A DNA stretch of 64,000 bases, from the NCBI GenBank assembly GCA_973851085.1, contig OZ316775.1:7130001-7194000 (forward strand). The letters are read 5' to 3'. Under the pieces are notes generated by a model that saw only the letters and a list, made by a program, of their open reading frames with translations, was not told the origin of the DNA and ran no database searches. This DNA is from Ptychomitrium polyphyllum. Lineage: Eukaryota. Of the stretch, positions 52,901-64,000 are shown one piece after another (position 1 is the first letter of the stretch; each line of letters begins with the position of its first letter). A program made the position numbers and the translations under genes.

Positions 52901-55161
52901 GGTGTATTAAATTTGTAATAAACTATTTTTTATTAAAATTTTAACTTACTAAAGTATTCAAAACACATTTTGATATATTATAAATGCAATAAAAAATATT
53001 AAATATTTGAACTTTTATTTATAAAATATCTCAAATTTATTATTTTAATTATAGAATAATTGCATTTGGTGAAGTTGCTTGTAATCAAAGAAACAAAGGT
53101 GGTTAAAATACATGAAGTATTGATGGTGTTTAAATATGGTTAAATTAGGTGGAATTTAAAATAGATTAGTAATTAAATAATAATAAATTATTTCTAATTT
53201 TACTAAATGGAATTTAAGAGGTAAAGAAATTCATTTGCAAAATACCAGGTTTTAGTGAAGTACTAATGAAATTAAATATTATTTCATTTCAAAGTATTGT
53301 TTGGCATGTATTTTAATATTCATCTTATTTGTATAGTATGATCTATAGTTTTTTTGTGCTTCAATAAATATATGTGTTATTAAATCTTGTAAAGAAGTCT
53401 ATTCCAAAATATAAGACCTTGTAAACAAAATAAAAATCCTAATTATTGATTATTGTGTATTTATAACATGAATATTTGTATTATTTTAGAAATGCATGTT
53501 AAATGCATTAAATGCAAGCATATTGAAGACATCACGGCCATCTTACTTGTTTTTGTACCAAAATCTCATCAATGCTCTCATTACCTTCTTCATGTTACTA
53601 ATATCTATAATTGAAGGTACATATTTCAATGCTTTGTAGATTTAAAGTTTCACCCACTTGCTCTCATCCACCTACCTACTATCTAATTGGCATATATAAA
53701 ATTCAAAGCATTTAGAATTAGTAGATTACTCATCTTTCAAAAAGATTGAGTTTTAGAAATCTCTACCCTATATGAAATTTTCACCTATTAATTTCTATCA
53801 TGGAAGAATGTCCTTTAAAGTTGGCAAAGTAAATAATTCAAGTGCCGCAACTCGCACCAAATTACATTTAGCTCTTTTTAAATATTATGCCTTTACATTA
53901 AAATTTAAAAAACATTTAAAGAAGTATAAGATATTACAAATAAAAAAAACTAATACTTTAAAAATTAAAATTACATTAATCACATTAATTAAGAATGAAA
54001 GTTGCAAAAATTAACAATTATTATAAGTAAAAGGCACATATAGAGTAACATAATAATAATAATAATAAATAATTTTACATTAGAGACTATATTGTTGGAA
54101 AATAATTTTTAATAATATTTTAATAGGTGCAATAAATTTTTCATTTTTAATATGGCTTATAATATCATGTTTTTGTTTAAATACATTTATTTGCCTATAA
54201 TAAAATGCATATTTTGACATCTCTAATATAAAAGCCATGTATTATGCTTCCTTGCTTCATTAATTATATCATATGTAAAAGTAATTTCTTTGTCTTGCAT
54301 TGCCATAAACTAGATAGAGAAGTCTTCTTTAACTTTTGAATGCACATCTTTCCTCATTTCCTTTTAACATGTACAAAATTCAATTTGTGAATGTTTTTCT
54401 TTATGTTGCAATAATAATAAAAAATTCATCTCAAAAGCTTTAAAATGAAATATTTGGCTAGTTCAAATCTTAGAGCCTTGTTGTTAATAGGCCCTCAATC
54501 CCTCCATGATACATTAGAAATTTTTTCCTCTAGTCATTATTTAATATCTCCTTGGCCATAATAATAATCATCAATTTATAAATTAGTAGATTTGTGCACC
54601 AAATCTAATTTAGTTAGTACCCATTCATTCATTCTATTGCAACTCTCACTACTCATTCATTCATTTCACTAGTATCTTTTTATCATACAACAATCACCAC
54701 CCATTTTCTCACCAACAAGTCATCCATTGAAATGGCAAGCATCTATGTATATTGTAGATACCATCAAAGAGATAGAATACTATATAATGTGGTATAACAA
54801 AAAGGGAGCATTAATAGTTTCTTAATGTGATTGATACTTTTAAAATGAGGGTGTACTTAAAACCTACATCCTAATCCTAAAGCTTAATCCTAAATTTACT
54901 CATTTTCATGTAACCACACATACAAACGATTATTTATACATAATACATTTTAGTAGAAATATCATATATTAGTAGAAATAACAAAAATAACATTCTTTAA
55001 GGGTGGATTTACAAAGGAGAGAACATAGATTCTCTTGAGTTGTTCATCATTTAACATATAACATTTACAAGTATATTTTTCTGAGAGTGCCAAAAAGACA
55101 ACAATTAGGACACTATAACGTTTAAAGAGGGAACATTGAAGGAGGGCCGACTGTACTAAAG

Positions 55162-55193
55162 AGCACAGCACAGCACAGCACAGCACGGCACAG
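55162..55193. repeat. (AGCAC)n pentanucleotide microsatellite, ~6 copies
   Basis: agcac agcac agcac agcac agcac ggcac. Confidence 0.8.
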
Positions 55194-55926
55194 TGCTAGG
55201 TAGAAGCCCAGGCTTGGCAGCATGCGCCGATGTGCACCTACAGCAGCTCCACTTTGCTTATCAGTGGCGCCATGACCTACTAGACAATCGCCGTGAAGAA
55301 TCCCCCGCACGTAGTCCCCGAATCATTCTCACTGTGGAAGCGGCGTGGAGAGAGGACCCAATGCCCACTGCACACCTTTGAGGATTCGAAGCTCCACAAT
55401 GTCAGTGCCTGGTCCCGCTGCCTTTTCTGGAGAAGAATGGATCATCATGCAAGTTACGTCTCAGTCTGCCCTGTAGGTCAGGTTCAATAAAATATATTCT
55501 GGCGGAGTCAAGCGCCTAGATACTGTATACCGGCTTAAATGTCGTCTTTTCCAGCTTGCATGCAGACCGAGATGTTTTGCCACGAATTAGCCAAGGCGTC
55601 CAGTGATTTTCCAGGTGAAGGAGATCTCAAGTGATCTCAGGAGGGGTTGAAACTCGGAGGTTCTCGAGGCGTTCTGGGCGTCCTCAGCGTTTGAGTAGTA
55701 TGAGTGGACGATTGTAATGACGAAGAATAATTCTTGGAGTTGTGGAGAGGCAAGGTGGTCGGTAGGAATGCCCTTAGTTTCCTGGATGGTACGCGGCTAG
55801 CGATGGGATCAGCACTTCCGGAGCTAGCTCAATCGGTTTCCAGGTTGTTAATCAGAGCGTATTCTGCTGTGAATGAGTTAAATCAGGTTTGAAGTGCAAG
55901 TATTTGCGCAGAGTGGGAGATGATTC

Positions 55927-56661
55927 ATGGCCAAGCTGATAAGAGAACCACCCCCAGCTATGGGGAGTTATGACATATCATGGAGGACGTTTGATTACAA
56001 CAGTGGGGCGTTGCGAGATAATCGCCAGTTGAAAGCTCCATATTGGCATTACCAAGCAGGGCCATCGCCGTGGATACCTGCGACAATTCTTGGGGTGATC
56101 CTGCTTATAACGTCCATGCCCTATATGCGAACTGCGGACGCCACCATGGCGTACCATTGGCAGACAGCAGTGCGAGAGCCGTCGTGGAGGGCATCCAGGT
56201 TCCCGATGCCGGCGCTGTGGATTCCCGTGCTGGTGGCCATCGCAGTGCAGTTCGTTGGCTCCAGTGACTGGTACCACGGGGTATACATCGGCGATCATGG
56301 GGTGTATGGGGCCAGGCCAGGAGCTGGATACCAGGGTGGTGCATGTGGTGGAGCAGCAATGGCGCCGGGAGGGGCGTATGCCATGAGTCGGCCTGGAGGA
56401 GGATGGTGGCCGTGGTCTGGTCCGTCGAGGAACCATCCGTATAGACGCTACAACACGCATCGGCAGAGGGGGTTGCTGTCCACGTCCATAGATTACGGCG
56501 GCCACTGGTATCTCATATTGCTTGGAATTACAGTGTTCTCCCTCGTGAGCTCCAGCTCTCTACCTTCTTCTTCGATGAGATCAGCTTGCGTGTGTGCCGT
56601 CCCTCTGGCGCCGCGCAGGTTGGGCTCCCTATGGTGGTTGATCTCCTGGTTCTTCTTTTGA
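55927..56661 (+). CDS. Uncharacterised multi-pass membrane protein with Gly/Tyr-rich loop, 244 aa, intronless
   Basis: ATG in good context after a GC-balanced leader. Three clear hydrophobic segments (PATILGVILLITSM; ALWIPVLVAIAVQFV; WYLILLGITVFSLV) plus an aromatic C-terminus; coding-like GC content. Confidence 0.7.
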   Translation: MAKLIREPPPAMGSYDISWRTFDYNSGALRDNRQLKAPYWHYQAGPSPWIPATILGVILLITSMPYMRTADATMAYHWQTAVREPSWRASRFPMPALWIPVLVAIAVQFVGSSDWYHGVYIGDHGVYGARPGAGYQGGACGGAAMAPGGAYAMSRPGGGWWPWSGPSRNHPYRRYNTHRQRGLLSTSIDYGGHWYLILLGITVFSLVSSSSLPSSSMRSACVCAVPLAPRRLGSLWWLISWFFF

Positions 56662-58120
56662 GCACTTGCATGTCACGCAGGACCAAGAACAAAGGATACT
56701 CGATGACTGCCTAAGCGGGAATCTAGAAGTAGCCAATATGGTAATTAGTAGCAATTGGAATCATGATCCTCGAGCTCGAACTATTGAACTAGCTAGTTGC
56801 GTTGGTAAATTCAGGATTTGCATGCCCTCACACGACTCTCACTCGAGACTATTGCTGAATACTGCGGCCATGTCTTGTTTGACGCGCGAGGACATGGCTT
56901 TCTCGACACTACGATAGTTCAAGATTGAATAAATTGCTTTGCGATGAACCTCTTCCTTGTCAATAGACGGATATCTTATAGCTAGTGTTGCCAAACTATG
57001 CAGTGTACAATTTTGTTGTAGTGAAGCAGTACGTTTCAGGATACAAAATTGGTGGGAACCATTGACCATTTTCAGCAGTAACAGTATACTATGAGGCCAG
57101 TGCCGCATATTTATATGCCACTCGGAGCTCATTACCAAGTTTAACGTAGCGTCAAAGTTACACATGCTTCACTCAGAACATCTTCATCATGCCAAAATTT
57201 TCCAAGTCACGTGTGCTTCGTGGTTGCTATAGCGGTTCGAGGATTTTAAACAGTGGTGTTCTTGGAATAGAATTTGGTTGCATCACTTCCAAATTTGGTC
57301 AGGCGTGTTGCAAAGTCTAGACTTATGACATGGAACACCCTTTGCATTTAATTTATCATATTTTATATAAGGTACATGCAAACAGAGTCGAGTATGTAGC
57401 AATTATTTCCAGAAATATTTCATTCCAGCTCTGATTGAATTCTGCACGTCATCTTTGAAATTTCAGTCACTGACTATGAAAAAGGTAGAGAGAGTACGAG
57501 TATGAGTCATGGGGTGCAAGTTTAAAGCTTCAATCCGCACATAGACTCTAAGTGATGGTTTGAAGTTGGCATGTAATTGAGATCATTCCTCTTGACAGTA
57601 GCCTGTACAATAGGAGAAGGTGTGTCTGCAATTCAGAACTGTCGGTAGCAAAAGATTCTGCTTCTTGTGATGAAGGTAGGATGTCAGCTGTATCCACCAC
57701 TTGGCACCCATTGATGGTACGGTACTTTCTTTCTGGCTTCCTCGATTAATTTCGTCCGCCAGTGTACATGCTCTTCTGAGTCCTCCCTGCTTCATTCACT
57801 CTTTTCTTTTCTATATCCTGAAGAGATGGTGGAATGCCCAGCGTCAGCCACTGGTAGACATACCACTTTCCAACGTTCAATGTCCACAGAAAGTCATGGT
57901 TGACTTCTAAACAAGCAACTGCGCAAACAACACACGTATGCAACACTAAATTTAACTGCCCTTCATAAAGAAAAGGAAATTATGTAGAAAAATTTGGTTT
58001 TCTACTATCGAGGGTAATTGAAAGAACCTTGCCGAAAATGATACCCACAACGATTTCCTTCACCCGATGCTTCAAGAACGATGTCTTAACCTCACTATGC
58101 AGCAACTGTAACTTATAATT

Positions 58121-58745
58121 TCAAGCTCGGTATATGGCAGCAACATCAAGGCAAAGCTTATGATCTCGCAAGTCGCTGAATCCACCATGACCAGTAAATT
58201 GCCTTAATCCGATTATCTGCCTTCGCCCAAAAGGTTGTTGATCTATAGACCTGGCACCCGCGTGCATTGGCAACCATATTGATCTGTTAGAATCATGAAC
58301 ACCTGGAACATCACAGACCATGAACGCTGCACACGAGGATGCACATCTTTCCCAGTCATTTGTTGCCAGAACCCAGCAGTTATAATTGCAATTTTATTAA
58401 CTTCTAGCTTCACACAGCTTCTAATCATCGAAATAACAGGACCGCGAACAACAGTGAATTTTCCAAGTAGAACTCACTCATAACCTATATGGAAAAGTAT
58501 ATGTCTACTTAATGAAGCCCTCAGAGTTAGGATCCAAGAGCCTGAGTCCCTGATTACAGTGCATTTAATGTGCCCTCTCTCTGAGTAACTAAAATACAGA
58601 TTATACAGATTATACAGGTCCCCCAGCTGTAACGTGATTGACCAGAAGTTTCGCTCTCGACGTATAAGCAAAAGTAGGAGACCGTCAATTCAAAAAATTC
58701 CTAAGAATAGATAAAAGACACCAGTTGCAACACTGTTTACAGGAG
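58121..58745 (-). pseudogene. Degenerate, divergent GT16/MGAT2-like C-terminal remnant downstream of MGAT2
   Basis: Collinear fragments FCLY, FWSITL, FTVVRGP and FTGHGGFSDLRDHKLCLDVAAIY* parallel MGAT2 exon 3 FCMY, WDITM, YTLRGP and FQGWGGWADMRDQHLCLSFSSMY. The fragments are separated by frameshifts and stops. Confidence 0.55.
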
Positions 58746-58938
58746 ATTTGCCGACAAGCCAAAAATATCACTCCTCAATGACCCCATGGTGTGTCTAGAA
58801 ACCAAGGCCCAACAACCTATGACAGCTGATATTGGTTTTCATAAAGCCAATTACCTACCCACATCTTGGTAGCAAAAGAAACCCAGGGTTAATTTGTATT
58901 TTACAACTGCAGTACTTAACATCGTTTCGAACAGCCCC

Positions 58939-59012
58939 AGTAGACCGTCACTCATACCGTAAGGTAGACCAGTAGACCGTCTCTCGTACCAGTAGACCGT
59001 CTCTCAAACCGT
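58939..59012. repeat. Short tandem repeat of ~20-bp CCAGTAGACCGTC(A/T)CTC unit, 3 copies plus a partial
   Basis: cagtagaccgtcactc ... cagtagaccgtctctc ... cagtagaccgtctctc, downstream of the MGAT2 stop. Confidence 0.7.
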
Positions 59013-59239
59013 AATTTTAACAACGCACCACAATCACGTATCCCTAGCCCAGCACTAGTGCCAAAACTTACAAGAGTATAATCAAAAATCCTTCAACTCC
59101 TTTCGACTCCCTCAAACCCTTGGAATTGCTTACATTGAGACTTGCCAATCTTTACAATGTGGTCATGTACAAGTGGGAAATGGATCTACTCTCCGCTACG
59201 CTGTTGATGCACCTCGTTCCAAAGAACTTTTTGTACGCA

Positions 59240-61088
59240 CTAACTACGGTCTAATGGTTTATCATACATAGAAGAAAAGCTCAGACAAAGGTGCTGATCT
59301 CTCATATCCGCCCACCCTCCCCATCCTTGGAAGCCAGAAGCGTACCCTTTGATGCGATACTTGTGCAAAGGCCACTTGGGGTCAATGTTTGGGACCTTGT
59401 CTGCTTTTATAACCTGTTTGGCCAGATGCATCGTCGATTCTTGACATCCCGATGACTTTGACTTGCTGTACCCAGCGTGTAGTCCACACTTTCCAAAGTG
59501 AACTGCACTGCTACGAGGTCCACGTAACGTATACACAGCATCGCCAAAGGTTGGATAAATTGTTGACCACATGGTGATATCCCAGTTATAGTCGTCATAC
59601 ATGCAAAACGATTTTGCTTGAAAGTGAACTCGCTCCCACACTGTGCGATTGAATGTGTAACCAACATTGCCCACTTTCTCAGCCACCAATTTGCGAAACC
59701 CCTCACCCTGCATACGTATGGCATTTGCGCAACATACGGTATAAGTGTGTAGAAGTCGGGCATGAATTTCTCTAAGTGCTGAACATTAAGAAATGGTATA
59801 TATACCAGAGGCCAACGCCGAATATTACATAATCTTGTCAAGACGGAGATCAAAAGAAAAAGGTGACATGCATGAATCTTGAAAAAAAAAGGGTTTGGCT
59901 ATTTCACCCGCGACATGACATCCAGCGGCGCAGCGTTCACAGCAATGCAATACGGGCACTTCTCCTGTTTCAGCTCAACGAGCATTTGGATGTTCCGGTA
60001 TGCATTCGGCAACAAATAGTGATCCTCCTCTATAAACATGATGTGGCCATCGAAATCCTTCGTTTCTTCCAAGCCATCCCACACAGTATTCATCATCCAC
60101 CACCAATGATGCTTTAATGACACGATTCGAACACTTCGATGATTCCCATACTGGTCAGGATTCCCTGCGCAGCCCAGCTCCTGCGCGTTATCTTTGTTTT
60201 TGCAATCTCCTGGTGATACTCCGGGGAACCGATCCGTGTACAAGTGGGGAGACCACGGAGCAAATATTTGCTTCACCTGGAGGGACGTCATATCATCGCG
60301 TACACAAACATATCAGCTCAATTTCAAAGGGCTAAACAAAGTTCGAACATCGACTCCAGCAGAATCCACGTTCGTCACAATATTATACTCGCGATTGAAT
60401 TCCATAATCTCGTGATTTCATCCCCCAATTCTTGAAAAAACCCTAATCTAATCTTTCGTCTAACGGGAAGTATCAGATCCTCGAATTCTTTTTCACTACC
60501 ATAACCAAACATAGCCAAGCATAATTTGTTTGTTAGGGTTAATACTCCTACAAACCAAGAAACCCTTCAAGATTCTGTTCAAGGAATTTCAACAGCAGGA
60601 GTGGACGATTTCTACAAATTCACCCGACGAACCAAGGAACGAACGATCAAACGAACCTGGCAGAAATGTATCGACTCCACAATAGTATTCATATCCTCGT
60701 AAAATCCGTCATGGCTAACAATCAAGAGGGTCTCGTTGATTCCTTGCACAGCGGATAGCCCAGACACCACGAGCTTCAGATACTCGGGACGGTAATGCAC
60801 ATACAAGACAATGACGACGCGATCGTCGCGCAGGGACGGAAACAAGTCGAGGTTGCGAGGAGGCAGGCTGTTCCGCGCCAACAACCGCTTGGCTAACTCG
60901 GATGGTTCGGGGAGATTGATGCCCCTCAACCGCAGCGCCTCAACATCCACCACAGCAGGTCCATGACCCAGCTGCCATTTGGCACCACCATCAAACCAGC
61001 CATAGAGAATTACCGGCACCACACTCACCACGATAAAAATCTGGATCAGCAGCAGCAGCCACAGCTGGTGCTGCCCAGCAACTCTCAT
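59240..61088 (-). CDS. MGAT2: Alpha-1,6-mannosyl-glycoprotein 2-beta-N-acetylglucosaminyltransferase (GnT-II, GT16), 422 aa
   Basis: Exons 61088-60657, 60276-59908, 59707-59240 (1269 nt, phase-0 introns). Type II TM anchor; motifs IVLYVHYRPEYL, LIVSHDG, FCQVKQIF, SLKHHWWW, FIEEDH, FCMYDDYNWD, HFGKCGLH, GWGGWADMRD..LC. Confidence 0.96.
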
Positions 61089-63638
61089 GCTGCTGAACAA
61101 TTGCACCCTCTCATCACCCCGCCATCCCTCCCTTCCGATCGATCAATCACTCCCCTATCAAAGCCATCACATTACATTTCCAGGAGAAACTGAACCAGCG
61201 TACATGCAGTCCCTGTTGGTGGCAGCGATCGTGCCAATATCCTCTCCGCCCATCCACCCCCATCATCGAAGTCCAGTCCACAACGTGAAATCAGAAAAGA
61301 AAAGAAAAGAAAAAAGCCGCCAAGGAAGTCAAAAAAGTTGCAACGATCGTCGACTGTACTGAGAACCACTCCGACGACATGGGCACACATCGTTCTGCAC
61401 GTCGGCTTGAGGCCCCACGACCATGACAACTAATCCTCGCACTGTAGTAGCACGGTTGAACCACCAGTGCTGCAAAACAATATTCTCCCGTATGTGGATG
61501 ATCTCCGTGATCGTGACCACCATCGTAACAAGTATGATAGGAGTAGAGTCATCCTGCCAATGCTCCTCAGTCAGTCAGCCAGTGTGTGACAAGACTATCG
61601 AGCGAGAGAGAGTGAGAAAGAGAACCTTGCAAGTGTAACCGACGGCGAGAGCGGCGCCGCACAAGTGCTTGAATCCGCACTCTTTGGCAGTGGGCGCGGG
61701 AATAGGTGGGAATCCATGCCCCGGTTATGAGGGTGGTGTGCTTGGAGATTCCGTTCGACAGTTCACGTGGCTTTAGGATCAACTATATGTCGGAAGAGGC
61801 TGGGCGAATATCGGGTGGGCCCCACACAGCGCGTGCTACCGGGGCATCCTAGTGCCTCCTAAGTCTGGACAAAATATGGACATGGACATGACATGGTGTG
61901 AGGTTCTAGGGTGGGTGCATTGGCTGGAAGCTCGTGTAACTGAAGGAAAAGTGCCAGATTAGGCAAATTGCCAGATTAGGCTATATGGGAGTATAAGGGG
62001 AAGGCATGACCTGACATCAAGCTTCACAGGGCAACCATGTTTGCACACTTGTTGTTGCCTTGCTCCCTCACACTTCTGCTTGGCTTCCATTACACATATT
62101 TCCTTCCCATTAAGCATGATTCCTTTGGCCTGTCCCATTGTCCATCATTTGGAACCTTTGCTGTATGGAACAGATACAATATGTAAATTTAAAATAGATC
62201 AGAGTGTTTTACATACTATAGACTATTGATGCATTCATACCTACTTGACATAGCAAGATTCTCAAACTGTGCTTGATCCGCACAAGCAATATGGTTCATC
62301 TCATTATCTGATCATCCACAAATCTCCAATATCTTGTTATTTTCATCCAACAATTGACTATGGAGTGATACTAAAAATTTGTCTAAACATTGTGTTTGTG
62401 ATTTTTGATGATTCGTTAGTGTTGTATAGTATATATAAAATCTAACTTTTCATTATTAAAACACAATTGTGATTATAAACATGGTCTCCATCTGAGTTCT
62501 AGGAAAAAAATGTAGCTTATTAAATCTAATTTGTAATCTAATTTGAATTTTGAAAAATTCTAAAGTGAGTGATTCATGATAGTTATAAATGGAAAAGATA
62601 TTATTGTATTCCTAAACTGTTTATATAATACAAATGTTTTTCCATTATAATTGAATTTAAAATGTAAATCATGCACATGATAAGAAAAAGCTTCCATTGA
62701 TGAATAATACAACAATTAAATGAACCTTGTTTAACACTACTAAATTTTCTTTGTTTAGTTTATTTCAAAAAATCAAATTTTAACTAATAACTTCTAAGTA
62801 ATCATAATAAGTATAAATCATGTGTCATTCTAAAAGAAAATATATAAAGAATATTAATTTCAACTAAAGTAGTCAAATGAACCATCAAAGGTGAAATTTC
62901 ATTTTTAGGTTATAAGTCTATATTTTAAACAATTGTTAAATTATGGCTCTGTCTTCTTCTTATATAATAATTTTATTAATCAAAGCATTTCATTCTTGCT
63001 TTGGATTGTAGAAAATTACTTGGAAATTACATTAAATGCATGTAATAGAAAGCCAACTGAGGTAAGTAATAAGATTAAGGAAGGCTTTTGATTTTTATTT
63101 TAGCAACTAATACAAATATGATCAAATTTATGTTAGATGGTGAAAAAGTTATTTGATGATTATCAACAACCATCTGTCTAATAGAGTCATTCAAAAAAAT
63201 TATTAGATGAACATGTATCATCAAACACAAAAGATCATATAAAGAATCTTATTTAGTTGTTTGAAATACATATTGAATACATATTAAAATTACACATCAA
63301 TTTATTATTAACAAAAAACATACTGCATATAAATGTCAAAAAAATTATCCATATTAAAACTTCAAACCTATATTTATTTATAATTTATTATTCTATCTTT
63401 TCAAGATTATAAAACCATGTAAATCAATAAGGAATTAATTTTGTAAGAATTCTATCATTTAAAAAAGTTGTTTTAAATTCTTAGTTGTAAGGAAATTCTA
63501 TAATAATAAGACTTCTTTCAATCATATATTAAAAATTTGAGTATAAACTAAACAATCATTTCAATATAAAAAGTCTTAATTCTTGATGTTGTTAATTAAT
63601 TATGTAACCAAAATACAAATACATCAAATACAATTAAA

Positions 63639-63698
63639 TATATATGTGTGTGTATGTATATATGTATGTATGTATGTTTGTATATATATATATGTGTA
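63639..63698. repeat. Compound (TA)n(TG)n(TATG)n microsatellite
   Basis: Directly visible alternating dinucleotide and tetranucleotide run. Confidence 0.8.
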
Positions 63699-63872
63699 TT
63701 CCTTTCTTTCCTTCAATAACACATGTATCTGTTACTGATCTGGCAAATAACACTAAATGCCAGCTGGGTCGTTCCCGGCACGTCCCGTTCCCGCACGTCG
63801 AAGAGCGGCAGTGACGAAACCCGTTTCACACCGGGCAGCAGCGTTTGTGCAAGGGCAGCGCGAGTTCAAAGC

Positions 63873-64000
63873 ATGGCCGCCAGTCCAAGAGCCGCTGCTG
63901 CCGCTGCCGCGGGGTGGGCAAGGCGTGCCGCGAGAATCCAGCCCAGCGCAACGTCTCGACAGGCGGAGGGAGGCAGCGTCGCCAAATTTAAACGGCAGGG
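63873..64000 (+). other. Possible 5' end of a gene running off the window (MAASPRAAAAAAAGWARRAARIQ...)
   Basis: Abrupt switch to GC-rich sequence; ATGG start with frame open to the window end. Could equally be promoter or UTR sequence. Confidence 0.3.

Overview
Eukaryotic nuclear DNA from a land plant, most likely a moss. This is inferred from the intron-rich plant gene families, GC-rich genes separated by very AT-rich 2-3 kb blocks, and the absence of prokaryotic features. I assembled nine apparently intact genes by hand from GT-AG sites and reading-frame phase: an intronless GA20ox-like 2-oxoglutarate dioxygenase, a strictosidine-synthase-like beta-propeller, an SRC2-like C2-domain protein, a ROCK1-like nucleotide-sugar transporter, an 11-exon secreted LRR/proline-rich repeat protein, chaperonin-10, a P-class PPR protein, a small unknown membrane protein and N-acetylglucosaminyltransferase II (MGAT2). 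Between them lie several decayed gene remnants (BTB/POZ-like, a divergent GT16/MGAT2-like copy, three unidentified spliced relics) and a few micro/minisatellites. The most unusual element is the gene at 32856-37764 (minus strand), which the ORF track shows only in fragments. It encodes a signal peptide, an LRR N-cap and about 3 LRRs, then a series of phase-2 micro-exons mostly starting with an N-glycosylation sequon. These lead into a 580-codon Pro/Leu/Ile-rich tail containing 33 nonapeptides with a hydrophobic residue at nearly every third position and no extensin motifs. All family assignments are from motif recognition only; no database searches were run.
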